A stretch of DNA of 63,968 nucleotides, counting the filler, from Choristocarpus tenellus KU-1152 (Eukaryota; Protista; Phaeophyceae): assembly GCA_964200185.2 (NCBI GenBank). It is 11 parts of 11 records of this genome, joined end to end, with 100 filler letters (N's around TTAATTAATTAA, not from the genome) between each part and the next. Parts side by side here need not be neighbours in the genome. Positions count along the whole stretch, not along the records: positions 1 to 9,683 come from CAXNAD020003473.1; positions 9,784 to 27,785 come from CAXNAD020000592.1; 9 more parts are not named here. One strand, 5' to 3'. The notes beneath the pieces were generated by a model that was given only the letters and a program-made list of their open reading frames with translations, was not told the DNA's origin and made no database searches. Position 1 is the first letter of the stretch. Each line of letters starts with the position of its first letter. A program made the translations under genes and the position numbers. This document shows, one piece after another, positions 1 through 13,300 of this stretch.

Positions 1-749
1 CAGTGGTGTCTGCATTTCCTAATCTACTCCACCGATGGTGTCTATAGTGTATCAGCAGCACTATCTACGAACAGATTCTTCTACGATCATGATAGATTGA
101 AACAATATCTGGAGCAGTGGAAGAGAGAGAGAGAGCAAGTTGTCACTTCTTGCAGCACACGTCGAAGAGGAATCAAGAATAGAAATATAGTATATGCTCA
201 ACAACCTATCGAAGCTTGGGTCTTCAGTCGAAATGGAAGCCAAGTCAAATTCTGTATCTGGAAATTTTGTTCAAGGGGCTCAGGTGCTAGGACAGTTTCT
301 TCCTGGAGGCTATACGGTGGCGTTGAGGAGGTGGCCAGTAGGGACCGAAAGTGGCAATGGCTGATGTGATTTGTCATATTTTTTTCTTTTGTATGTTAGG
401 GTTGGCTAGATAGGGGTTGGTCACCATATTACCAAATGATGCACTCTTGCAGCTCTCAATAAATTTTACATGCAATGAAAGTACCTTTCTTTGTTTTGCC
501 AGCATTGACATCCCTCCAAGAGAGAAGTTACATATCAGCATCAAAAGGATTAGGATCACATACATGCGAGCTTCCCCTCAATTTTTCAACTATTATTTTC
601 ATTGGATGTGCGTTCCACCTCCATGCCATCATCACCCTCTATGAATGCTTGCCACAATCACTTGAGTGAGTTTAGCATGCAGGAAAACACAATTTATCTT
701 CAAGCTCGCCCCCCTCTCATTGATCTCCCCTGTTCCTCTTCTTGACAAG

Positions 750-2799
750 GTTACTGACACAGGTTTAGACGAGACCTCTTGTTTCTTCACAAACGGGGAT
801 GACACAGAGATAGAGCATGGGTATTATTTTGATGAGCTCTACATATCTGCAGATAACACCGCGTATGTTAAGTACAACAGGGGGAACTTCGTGTCAGACC
901 TTACTCGGCGCAAGGTGAGATCTCATATATGGGAGTGGGATGCGGGAATAAAGATGTCTTTGGTCTCTGTGAAGGTATGTATTATGTCGGAACACACATT
1001 GGTTGGACATGTGTTTCAGAGGATTGCTCGGTTCATTCACAGTCCTTGTGTCCTCTTCCTAGAGGTTACCAGTGCAGATTCCTAAAGGGACACTGTAGAG
1101 GGGAGAGCATGGCCCTTGTTTCTTTGTTTTTCTTTTCGTTGTGTGAGGAATTACAAAGTCAATCAGGAGGGGTCAAGGCCTGTATATTGTGGGCACAGAG
1201 GGGTTGACTTAGCACAGTATATATAGAGAGTGTGAGGGAGGGACATCACTATGAAAATGTGTGATTTTGTGTATGTATAATGTATTTTATCATCCAGCAG
1301 GGTTTGAGGGGTTAATTTTGTGAATTGCACTCATGCGCCACTCTGATACATACGTTGTGCCTCCATGCACTCTACCTCCCAGCTCCATCCCTTATCATCT
1401 GTCTAGTCTCCACTGCAAACCCCACCCCATCCCACTTCTTACCCAATTCCCAAACACCCACTAAACATCTCCTCTTCCACAGATTGTGCAATACATTGAC
1501 TTCCTTAAGCCAGACTCTACAGAACTTTTGGACCGCTACTTTTACACAGACAGTGGGAACTACCTCTTCCCATGGCACCCTGCAGAGGGCTTTGGTTATG
1601 ATTTAGAGGATGGTCATGGGACTCATGTGGCAGGCTCTGCAGCAGGGTCGACCCTGAATTCACCAGCTACAGTTGTAGAATGTGGTGTGGGTGATGTGCT
1701 GGCATGCAGTGGGAAGTGCATTGCAAGTGCCACTGCATATTTGTTGGAGAATAATTATGTTTTTGATCTTGACACATACTGCCCTGATTATGACTGTGAT
1801 GGTGTGAATGCAAACTCACCAAACTGTCTTGGTAATGACCGGGCTAGCACATTGTCAGAGCACAGCGGGATGGCTCCAGGTGCTAAGATTGCTGTTTTTG
1901 ACCTCTCTAGCGATGGGAATTCACTCTTCACAGGCTTCATGGGGAATGGCTTGTGGGAGGCTTCCACCAACACAGGAGCCAAGATACACACCAACTCTTG
2001 GGGTGGCGATACCCTTTGCAAGATAGATAATCCTATTATTCTTTACGACAATTATCTTTATGAGGTGTGTGTGTGGTGATTTTTTCATTTTATCTTTTTG
2101 CCCTCATTGATGTTGTAGTTGTTCAAATACATTTCGCTCAACTTGTAATGTTATTTCCAACCCCCTGACTTCACTATTCCTGCCGTGAATTCTAGAGCAG
2201 TAGTTGCCTGGTTTACTGTATGGAGAGAGGCTCTTGTTGTGCTCTAGGATGTGTGACAGGAATAGTCGATTAAAATGACAATGACTGCAAGTTTCTTGCT
2301 GCGCACTGTTCACTCAATAATCAAGATATTTTGAGCTCATAAGTCTTGTACAATCTACTTTTTGAAAATTGATTTTTTTCCCACCTTTATCTCTTCACTC
2401 TGTCCTCATTCAATAGTACACCCCAAAATAGAAACTGTGGTTTTCTGTTCATCAACCCTGGCACCGTGTGAAGTAAGTGTCCTTTCCCCCTGTTATCCCT
2501 AACTCTGTCCAAATCCACCATAGAACCCGGACAGTCTGCTACTTTTTGCTGCCGGGAATGATGGTGACTTATTGGATGACCCAAGTCGTACCTCATGCAC
2601 TGTTGGGAGTCCAGCCCTGGGCAAGAACGTGCTGACTGTTGGAACTTCCTCCAGTGGAGCGACCCGGGCTACAGATACGTATGTGTATGACGGAAATTCT
2701 TACGAACCTGCAGATATCAACAGTAGGGCTTCCTTTAGCTCATATGGTCCAACCTTGGACAACCGGATCAAGCCTGAGGTTTTGGCACCTGGTGAATAT
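750..2799 (+). CDS. Subtilisin-like serine protease (S8, KP-43-like), copy A; internal exons 750-914, 1483-2064, 2524-2799; no catalytic-Ser exon found
   Basis: In-phase GT-AG exons encode VTDTGLD (catalytic Asp), DGHGTHVAGSAAG (catalytic His), HTNSWG, LLFAAGNDG (oxyanion Asn), ASFSSYGPTLDNRIKPEVLAPG. No GTSM-type motif is visible before copy B starts at 3563. Confidence 0.85.
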
Positions 2800-3562
2800 G
2801 TGAGCCATCTACAGGAGAAGGGTTGATCCAAGCTATATGAATCTCATGATTATGAAATGAGAGAGATCGGAATGTGACGTCAATGCCAACCCTTGGTTCT
2901 TTTTATTTCTGAGTGAAGTTTTGTCCACTATTCTTGGAACTCGTCTTTTTAGGATATTCAATTGACTGGTACTTATAGAAGGAGAAGATCCTCCATTGGA
3001 CTCCCCAACAAGAAAGAACAAACGAACGGGTTTAGGATATTATATTTCCTTACGGCTAATAACGACATGTATATATATAGCATCAATAAAATATAAAATA
3101 CAGACAACCCTCTTTTTCCCACATCTACATCACATGTGGTTTTTCCATCTAACATGATAGAAAATGGGATGGAAGGAGGGAGGGGGGGAGGGGGAGGGGA
3201 CTGAGGCTAGCATTGGCTCGGTAGCGGAGAGGTCAGTTTGTTGTGTGTGTGTGTGTGTGTTTTGTTTTTGTTTTTTTTAAAGAGATTATTATTATTATTA
3301 TTGTGTACTATGTGGTGTGTGCGTTCGTTTATTTTTGTTTTTGTATGTGTGTGTGTATACTGCTAAGGCTACAAAACGTGAGAGGGGAAAATAATATATA
3401 TATTTGTTTTTGTTCGAAGAAAGGAGGCATACAGGACGGAATATTTCTGTGCTTCCTACACATTCGATTTTGATAGTTATTATACCTGATCACCTGTTTT
3501 CACTTTGCCAGCTGTTGACAACCTTGGAGTCAAAGTATGGCAGGCAGTGATCGCATATCGAT

Positions 3563-6500
3563 ATGAGTTTCGTTTATGCGGCGGCAATATTGTTGCTTTG
3601 GGTTCAGGTTGTTGGTAGTGTCCACCATCCCCACCTCTCCCTCATAGAAAACGTTCTGACAACTACAGGAGAGAATGATTTCGGAGGAGATCATGGTGCC
3701 TTTGCTGCTGCGGCAGACTGGCAGTGGAGTCGATTAAAGGAAAGTGAGTGGCCTGGGCCGTACCTGGCTTGTTCAGAGTACGGGGAGGGCCAACAGGCGC
3801 TATTGCTTCTCAATGAAGCTTTCTCCCAGGAAAATGTGAGAAGAGTTGCTCACAACAAGGAGTCTGGTGCGTGTTTCTTGGTCTTGGCTACTGCAGCCTT
3901 TGCTGAGGCGATACTTGACGACATGACTTCCTTTCACATCAGTAGTGCTTCGGCCTTTCCTTCTGTCTTGAAGATTTCTCCTGGATTGCTCAAACATGTT
4001 GCTGGTGATGGAAATGGAAGCACTGATGTTGCGCCCACCAAGCTTTCCACAACCCATGGCGATAGCATGGTGCTGGAGGGCACTATTGGCCTAAACGTAC
4101 AAGTCTCTCCTGGGCTCTCTCTGGTGGCCGCCGAGGAATGGCGAGTTGATTGGGCTTCTTCTAGTCTTGACTTCTACTCCTTGAACTTTTGGTCTGACCC
4201 TGCAATGTTGGATGGGGAGGGGATGCATCGTGCCAGCACGGGAGGAGCAGGTCAAGTCCGTGATTGGACCCTTGCAGCCAAGGTTGTACACACCCTGAGT
4301 TCCGCTAGAGGACTGAGCGTTGGGCAAACGTGTGGGTGGAACGAGATGAAGCTTAGGAACATCCGGGGCAATCACGTCGTCCTGACAGGTGCTAACTCTA
4401 TCCCGAAGTTACTTGTGTTATCGATATCTATATATGTGTATAGATTTTGGCACCACCTCGTGATCTTTCTTCTTTGATAATATTCCTTCTCCTCGTTCTC
4501 CTCTCGTTTCAGTTTTTGTGCCACATCCATACTTCACTGTCCAACTTCCTCCAGCAACTCTAAATTACCTGTTTGCTTCTGGTCTGACCTTCGCGATCAG
4601 GCTTGGATCACCTGATGCCTGGCGGGGATCTGTGGACACCCACGGAAAAAATCGAGGGATGGTCGGAGGAACCAGATGCCCAGATGGCTTGTCTTATGAC
4701 CCTCATTTCCTATCTGTTATCCAGGCCGGAGGTGGTTCGGGTGACTCCGGAGATCCAGAAGAGAACTCTTAATGCAGTTGCAACCGCCATAACACAGAGC
4801 GCTACAATCACAGAGAAGCCATTGGCAATGGTAGGCCTTGATGGTACTGGCGAAGTCATTCAGGTGAGATGGGGTGTGGAAGGTCTTTGACACTCTCCAC
4901 CTGTCTACAGATAATAGTATGTATTGCACTTTCCGTCCGTTTGTAGCATTTTCTCCAGATGAATCGTAGGGGCAGTATCTCACACGCCTCCCCCCAGTCG
5001 ATGTTGCATTGTGTGGGGTTGTGGCTGCTTCTGAACATGTGACGAATTATGGTGTTGGTGGGGATAGTACAACTCCTTCGATGGTACTGAGGCCCTAGCA
5101 AGGTGTGGCAGTTGCCTGTGAGGTAGTATCAATGATTTTGATTACAGGTGACCATTCATGACTGGCAAGATGCTGCACAGTGCTTTTACTTCGAAATATA
5201 TACAATATAATACTTTCTGAGATAGAGCACTTCCAGCAGTGACCAATCAAGGGTGCTTCCCCCCCCCCAATAATACCCGAAGCAGTTTTCCAGTATACGT
5301 TTGTTGTTTTGTATCTCAATTTTTTCTCCCTTGACCTTGCTTGACCAAATGAGGTTTACTATAAGTATAAGGCGAGAAAAATTCGTAAGACCTCGCTTGA
5401 GGGTTGTATTTTTTGTTATGAGTATCTTGTCTCCCGGTGAGTTTAGAGATCGATTAGATAATTATGTGAAAGAATACTACATTTTCAGTATATGCCCGCA
5501 TGTATATTATGCAATTTTTTATTCATTTAGAGAAGAGAGAGGAAGTGAAACATACACTAGGTTGGATGGCACAAAGAGGTGCCAATTGAACATACTAGCA
5601 GACATGTTGGTCAGGAGCCGAGATGAACATTTGAATTGTATTTTTATTAAGGACAATTGTTTTAAACTAGTCGTGACCCTCGACAGCTGCAAGTTCCATC
5701 TTTTTGGGTTGATTTTTGAAAGGGGTTGGTAAGAAGTCAACATATCTTTTGAGAGGGCTGTAGGCCGTGTGTGGATGCTGTTTGGGGGTTGGATAGGAGA
5801 TTTGGATGTATGTGTTTTGTTAGGAGAAAACAATGCAGCACGTTTGACCGTTTCAAGTGTGAAAATTACTTGTTGATGATGAAAGAGGTGTTGCAAGTGG
5901 TTGATGCAGGCAGGGGTCTGATGTCAGGGAAGAAACATTTTGTGCAACACTAGACTTGCAATTCTTTTTTCATTATTTAGGGGGAAGAGCATAAGTGGGC
6001 GTGATTGGTTCATGGGATTTGAATCTTTCCATGTGCTGGAAGTGAGTGGGTCACAACAAGGTACAATCCTATTCTTGATGGTTATGAAGATCTTTGCATG
6101 TCCGTTATTTTTTGTAAGAAAAACTCTTTGTAGGCTCAAGCCTCTTGGAATATTTCTGTTGAAATTTCTGGGCGTTTGAATACTACCTACATATTTTCCA
6201 AGGCTCAGTGAGGCATTGGGGTTAAGGCTGCATGCCTATTTGTAGATGGAGAAAGGAATTGTTATTGAACATCCCCAGTCAGCTGGTTTTCCCTTCCACC
6301 TCTCAGCACCTTTTTGTGTTCATGGCGATTGACGTTCTCCTCTTCCAGAAATTTCCCTACAAAGGGGAAGTTGTGTGCCTCATCTTCTATAGTATATCAC
6401 AGAAGGAGCTATAGGTAGGCATATAGCCACATCTCTTGTAGTTCATGCTCATATCAGATTATATATGTAAGAGGTGAAAGTTGAAGGCAAGTGGCATTTG

Positions 6501-9105
6501 GTGGTATGATTAGAAAATTGAATTTCAATAATTGTCACATGGTATTAGCTTGTTTGCAGGTGTTTTGAGATTGTTGGAATGGGGTAGAAATTACTCATTT
6601 GGAAAAAAGCACTTACATATCAAGGTTTTGCACGAGGGAGGGTGTATTGACAGAGAGCGTATGTTAAGATGCTTGTATGGGTATAGTTGGTGCTGTTGCA
6701 AATGGTACAGGACTCGAGAAATGTACCATTTTACTGTTGGTTTAGCAGTGAAGTATGTGGAAGAATTTTGAAGCATGTGGTATGTACAAGGCATGGCAAG
6801 CAAAGAGAGCACAGACATTTGGTGCACTCTGCCAATGGTAGACACTAAACGATAGGTATTCCTGATAGGTATTCCTGCTTGTTACTCTGTGGGCCTGGTC
6901 GGTCTTCCAGGGCTTGTTCATTGACCCATTGAAATATTCAGTGCTAGTGCTCACGCAGGCTCATACATCTTGAACTGTATACGCATGAGCTGCCGTCTCT
7001 CATCAACTTCTTAACACCAAAGAATGTCATCCTGAGTCTGAGGGGGAGCAACGATGTTCTCCTCCCTCATCTCGCCCCCTCTTTCTGTTCGGCTGTCTTT
7101 TGACCTCAACCTTTCCATCCAGGCTCACTCGACTCCTTGCCCGTCTTTGCGAGCTTTTGATCCCCACGATCCAGCCTGTCGGCGAGTCCTCTCAACCCCA
7201 ACTGTGACATCTCTGTGCGAGATCACTTGTAGCTCGTCGACGACTTTGAACTGTGCGGATCTGGGACCATGGGGTGCAGCTCATGGTCCCTGGCTACGAG
7301 ATGAGGATGAAATTATTCCTAACCTGACAGGTCAATATCCCCAAACCGACCTATCAACTTCTACGTGCCACTGTGCGACTTCTAGGACTCCTCTGAAGAC
7401 AAGAAGTACACTTGTGGGACGTAAGGGTTCTGGTCTTTATAAGTATACCACTCCGAGTCTGTAGATGTGAGGGGAGACCTTTTGTGTTGCCGTAGTCCAG
7501 CCTTTTTGCAAGTGCTCAGAATCCGAATTGGCATGTCCTTGTCCAGGATCACTACATCTCCTGAACGACTTTGAACAGAGGGAAACACCTACGTAGCCTT
7601 ATGTTCTGGGGTTCACAACTACTACATGGGAGAATCCTTTGATCATAGTACGCCTGATTTCAGTCAGCTGGTCTCCGCTTCCGCCCCTCAGCCCTTTTTT
7701 GTGGTGGTGGCCATTGGCCTCCTCCTCTTCGAGAGTCCGTTACATTGTTGTTGGAGGTCATTACATTGAGATCATAGTTACATTGTTGTTGGAGGCCATT
7801 ACATTGAGATCATAGTTACATTGTTGTTGGAGGTCATTACATTGAGATCATAGTTACATCGTTGTTGGAGGTCATTACATTGAGATCATAGTTACATTGT
7901 TGTTGGAGGCCATTACGTTGAGATCATAGTTACATTGTTGTTGGAGGTCATTACATTGAGATCATAGTTACATTGTTGTTGGAGGCCATTACATTGAGAT
8001 CATAGTACACCGGATTTCACAACCCTAAGACATATGACTCAACTTTTTGTTACTTTTGAGCACCATTGTGTGACTTCTAGCATGCCCTTCCAGACAAGAA
8101 GCACACTGTGGGACACCTGGATCGTGATCAATCCGATCCACTACCTAGTGTTGATAGATTGTGAGGGCGTTGGTAGTGATTCAGTGAAGAGTGGCATAAA
8201 AAATGAATTTTTGCTTCTACAAAGGGTGAAAAAAGCAAAAATTGTAGAAACCGAATATTCCTTCCGTACTAGTTGTAGGCCTGGAGTGGATGATTCTTTT
8301 GTAGGAGTTGTTTTTTGCAGCCTAGGGATCCTTCATGTGTATTATGCTGGAGTAGCAGACATTTCTGGACTGTTGGGGCAGAGACAGTGAGATGTGACCC
8401 CTTAGCAAAGGATTCAAGAATGAAAGGTGCAGTGTGCCCAGACCACTACTGAACCTCTTGTCTTCAGTCGAGGTAGAATCAAATCAGAACAAAAGCAAGA
8501 GCTAACTGTGGTAGTGGAATTTCCTGTGAAATTTTTCTTGTTTGTAGTGGTTAGTTGGGAGGACCGGGATGGGCTGAGAGGGGCATTTTTTATTTTTTGT
8601 TGCCTGTCGTGTGCAGAGGTTGGTCTGTTGAGGATTGTTCACAACATATTTTCAAATGTTGCACTTCTTCATTTATCGAAAAGATTTGAGAGCATGATGT
8701 AGTGCAATATTTGCTGGCATGACATCCTCCAAGGTACTTGATATTTACCGGCATCAGAAGGACAAGGGTCACATGGTAAACCTTTCCCTGTTGACTTTCT
8801 CAGCACCTTCTAGCAATGGCTAGGCCTATGGCCGCCACTTTTTATTGTGTGAGTTACTATGGTTTGTGTGGTTGCCAAGATGAGATAATGAATGCATCAT
8901 TAACCCCGTATCGTCCTTCCCCTTCACATTTTTCTATCAGGTTACTGATACAGGTTTGGATGAGACTTCTTGCTTCTTCACGAATGGGGATGACACACAA
9001 ATCGAGCATGGCTATTATTTTGATGAGCTCTTCATAGTAAACGACTATCAAGAGTTTGTTATTGACAGCGGAGGGTACTTTTTTTCAGATGTTTCTCGCC
9101 GCAAG
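3563..9105 (+). CDS. Subtilisin-like serine protease (S8), copy B, 5' part; exons 3563-4388, 4601-4863, 8941-9105; truncated by contig end
   Basis: Signal-peptide-like N-terminus MSFVYAAAILLLWVQVVG and long pro-region, then LNAVATAITQS...GLDGTGEVIQ|VTDTGLDETSCFF. Exon 8941-9105 has the same 165-nt length and near-identical start as exon 750-914. Confidence 0.85.
7739..8004. repeat. Minisatellite, 7 x 38 bp (GTTACATTGTTGTTGGAGGYCATTACATTGAGATCATA), inside the 4-kb subtilase intron
   Basis: Head-to-tail units start at 7739, 7777, 7815, 7853, 7891, 7929 and 7967 with only point differences and no spacers. Confidence 0.95.
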
Positions 9106-9683
9106 GTGGGACATCTCACGTGGGACGATTGATAATGGGAAAAAAAAAGATGAAGAATATTATAATAATTTCGTCAACACTTTTTTTTTTTTTCTTCAAC
9201 TCCGTGTGCATTTGTCTTGTGCTCTTTTGCTCTATCCTGCTGTCTATGTACCACATCATAGTGCAGAGGTTATAGATGCTTTTATAGATCTGCAAGATTT
9301 GCTTGAGCCACTAATACTGCTGTGCCTTGGGTCCTCTTTCCAATTTTAGAATGGGGCAGGTTTGTATTGGGAAAACTGAATCCCAAGCTCAACCTTGGGA
9401 TTTCTTGCCAGTGTTGGTGGTGGCTTGAGGAAGTTGACCGAGCAGAGCCAGGGGGGCCTGTGTCTTGTGGCTACGGGCATTAGCTTGCCCCAATACCAAC
9501 AGAAGTGAAGACCTTGCATGTAGTAAAATGTGAGAGCCTTACCTCATGAGCTGATGCTTGAGGCCGTGACTCTGTGCACTGCCCTTCCCATCAACAACAA
9601 CCTTACCCACCCTTCCCCCTATTTCCCCCCCCCCCCCCCTTACCCCCCTCCCCAACACCCCCAACCCCCTTTCCCCCCTTTCC

Positions 9684-9783
9684 NNNNNNNNNNNNNNNNN
9701 NNNNNNNNNNNNNNNNNNNNNNNNNNNTTAATTAATTAANNNNNNNNNNNNNNNNNNNNNNNNNNNNNNNNNNNNNNNNNNNN
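9684..9783. other. Artificial contig-joining spacer (44N-TTAATTAATTAA-44N); also at 27786-27885, 32638-32737, 35621-35720, 38908-39007, 45460-45559, 49271-49370, 52166-52265, 58392-58491, 61243-61342
   Basis: The identical 100-nt structure occurs 10 times; the palindromic linker has stop codons in all six frames. Confidence 0.98.
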
Positions 9784-10314
9784 GAACCTTAATCGGTACC
9801 ACGGTATAACGGTATATGGCATACGGCAATAACAGTATAATAACAGACAAACATGCTTTCCACATTGTTCTTATTATATACAGTGAAGTTGTAGCTTCTG
9901 CTTTTGGTCATGAGAGGATTGTTTTTGCAACAACCTTAGTCGTGTTAGCAATTTTTTTTCGGCATGTATTTTCTTATTGTGAACTATGTATCACTACAGG
10001 TCCCATCTCTACAACACATCACCTCTTCTAGTTGGACCTACAGAAATTTTGACCTCACCAAATCTGGTCCGTTTTTGCTTTTCAAACATTTTGCACCTTT
10101 TAGAGAATAATTATTAAGAGATAAATAATTACACCATACTTCGGTCGAGTTCAACTTGTTAATTTTACATGTTTCTATTGCATACATCGTTGGACCCTCA
10201 TTTCTCTTTGACGCTTGTCCTCAATAGACTGAAAGATTTCTTTCGTATCCTGGGTCGATGGCACCGTGACCCCCGTTCCCCTTGCAACATGTTACTGTCA
10301 TTCTCAACCCCCAG

Positions 10315-13300
10315 GTCTGTGGACAAAACACAGTTGTGGCGAAGGGTACTAATGTGCCGAAACAGAAAGTTGTGGAGGGTGCAACCGTGGTGGAGCATCG
10401 CTGTTGCTGCTCCTGTGGCATGTCCTACCACCCCAGTTGCCTCAGTAGTCATGGCGAAGCTGTGAAGTCTTCCCATCCCAATTGCTTGAGCCACACAGAG
10501 ATTTGCACACCACTAAAAGTCCACCCCAGTGATCCAGAATTCCGTTGTCCTCTCTGTGAGGCCCAGACCTATCTAAACGATGGCAATTGGGAAGGACTCC
10601 TTGGCCTAAAGAGCTTTCCATGTGTCACGCTGGAAACGGCCCCTTGCCAGTCGTACAGTTTTGCCAATAGGGGGGGGCTTCATAGACCGGCGGGTGAGGA
10701 CAAAGTAATGGAGGCCAGCTGGGATGTGGAGTCGTCCGTTCTTCCGCTCGTGCGATTGTTCGAGAACGTTCCAGGTGCGGCGGTTGCAGAAGAGATATAC
10801 TGAGGGGGAAGACTTGTGAAGGCAAGGAAAGGATCTGGACGGCATCTCGATGCGTGGGAGTGACTATGAGTGGGGAAATTGTGCTCTCGGTCTGTACTGT
10901 GTTCTTGTGTTGTGCTGTTATTGACCAATTTTTCCTTGCGCGGAAGAGAAGAGTGAGCAGCAAATCGCTCGAGCATGCACACATGCACGCACACATGCAC
11001 ACGTTCATTGTTCGGGTTTCCGAAGGAGAGGTTGCGTTCTCTTTAGTGGCATCGCAAAAGACGGTGACTTGTGCGTAGAGTTGGGAGAGGCGTAATGCAA
11101 TGGGGTGATGGCGTCGATTCCTTCAACACGTTCACGTGCTTCGGTGCACCTTGTTGGCTGTCGTGCTGAGCTACAGATGTATACTATTGATTGTTCACCT
11201 TCAGGTTTGATCTCTAGGCGACAGGCTTCGTGCGGTGGACCGATGGGAAGGATGTTGGGCCGTCATATTATTGAGGGATATAACACCCGCACGTGAGAGG
11301 AGGGGGGGGGATCGGGTGGGTGCAGTAAGATGGAAGGGCTGGGCAAGGATCAAACTTGGAGTTCGTCGAAATGCTTTTCCCAACACGTTGACGCGCGGGT
11401 GTGTTGAACAGTACTCCTCGGGCAAAGTTCTGAATGTCTAACTTGTGTAAATATTGGTATGAATTGTGTTTTATTGTATTGTCAACTTCCTGTAGTTAGT
11501 CTGAGAGACTCATACATACACATATATGTGTGTGTATATATTAGGGCATGCCAGCTGTCAATCCTCCTCTTGTCAAGCTGTTAATGGATCTTGTAGATGC
11601 TTGAGTTCTCTCCTGAGTTATTCGCACTCCTGACACGGTAGATAGAAAGTGTGCGTGTAACAATGAATGTTGGGGAGGTTCCATCATCCTCCACCAACTT
11701 TCGTACATTGAGTTTCAGGGGTGCAGATGCAAGGGATTGGGGTGCAGGATAGTGTTCTTCATTGTAAATGGAGAACCGTGAGTGATCACCTGTCTTGACC
11801 TTTTTCTGGAGTCGACAATATCAATTGCTACCTCTTCTCCTCACAGGGTTGCTCACTCTCCCTCATCTGACCACAGGTTGATTCTTAAGTTCCACCGGCT
11901 TGGGCTCCCCTCAAAGAGGAGTCGTGTGATACAGATTGCCTTCCGCAGCTTTCTGACCATGCCAGATCCTGTTACTGTAGCGCCTGCCCCTCCTGGGTGA
12001 GTGCAAGTACCTGAGATTGTGGCAATTGCTGTCTACCTGTTGCTTCACCCAACGACCCCCCTTCCTCTACTATGGGAACCTCCGAAACCGCTTAGAAGAT
12101 GTTTCCTAGCAAGCAGCCTTGCATTCAGGTTCTTCATCACAGGGTAGTTCTTCCTTCCTCTAACCAGATGCTCTTATAGCGTGTGCAGGTACGTACCCTC
12201 AGGCTTATCCTAATTTGGTTCCATTGTGTGACCATTCACTAGTCACAGGAGTAGACATTGCTCAGTAAGTTCAGCGATAAGGACTGAACTGATTTGTTGA
12301 ATCTGCTACCAACAAATGGTGTGCTTCAAACCTGATCCAGAGCCAGATCTCTTCTTTAGAGCTTGGGTGTTGCTGTTGCATTCTAGGCTGCTCTATCAGT
12401 TTTCATATAATTATGTTGGCGCTGGTTTTTGCTTCGAGAGCACTCAGAGCATACAGCAAGTCTAACATACATCGTCCACTACTGTCTGTGAGAGCTGTGT
12501 TTGTCAATATGCAAGAATAGTGAGATTGCATTGTTTTTCAGTTTGGCTAGGACATTCACAGGTACAGGTGCCTTGGTAGTGGCTTGAGATATACCTGGCA
12601 GGAAGAATGTGCATGCTATGATGCAGTCGGTATTGAAACATAGGTTGCTCCACCAAGCAATAATTCAAAGTTCAGTATACTTGTGTTGTTATGCCTTTCT
12701 TGCCTCATGATGATGCCTGCACAGAGTGTTGCTATGCTGACACTCCACCACCTGATGTTACACATCTGTAGCATATGTAGTGTATGTACATATTAGCACA
12801 TCTGTTACCGTTTGCAGTTCACTTCACTGTTCCGGTGTGTTGAGTTGTACGTTTGAAAATTGGCACACAAGTCCAATCAGTCAATGACCGCCTTTGACCA
12901 TATTCTCTGACCTAGGTTTGCGAATTGGTTCATTTTCATAGATCTTAGATATGGGCGTTCTTTTGGTGGACATGAAGGTTGGACGTGTGTGTTCTGAGGG
13001 CTGCCTTGAGAGTGCAAAGTAAACACACAGCTTGCTCCCTTGGGTTGACTCTGCCTATTTAAGTACCGTAACACACCGAGATGTTGTGTTTTCATAGATA
13101 ATGTGTCCACATCCTTCCTCTACATGAAGCCTCTTCACGGAGCACGCTTAACTAAAATTCAGCACTTCTCAAGGCACCTTACCTCAAGCCACGACTCAAG
13201 AGTATTCCTTTCTCGGGTTTCAACACTTGTTGCCCCAAAATTAAATGTGGAATAGCCTGTAAGAAATGGGATGATCAACAGTTTCAACATGCCCAGGTCA

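Noticed and set aside
7739-8004. CRISPR-like array of 38-bp repeats
   Set aside because: Units are contiguous with no unique spacers, the context is a eukaryotic intron, and there are no cas genes.
9728-9739. Recurrent palindrome TTAATTAATTAA as a biological motif
   Set aside because: Always centred between exactly 44 N on each side; it is an artificial contig linker.
10775-10803. Premature TGA at 10801-10803 making the DNMT a pseudogene
   Set aside because: A good donor (CCAG|GTGCGG) at 10774/10775 removes it, and the next exon continues in phase (ENVPG-LISR).
12128-12188. Possible extra DNMT exon (CAG...CAG|GTACGT)
   Set aside because: It has stops in all three frames, and the flanking exons already join in phase without it.
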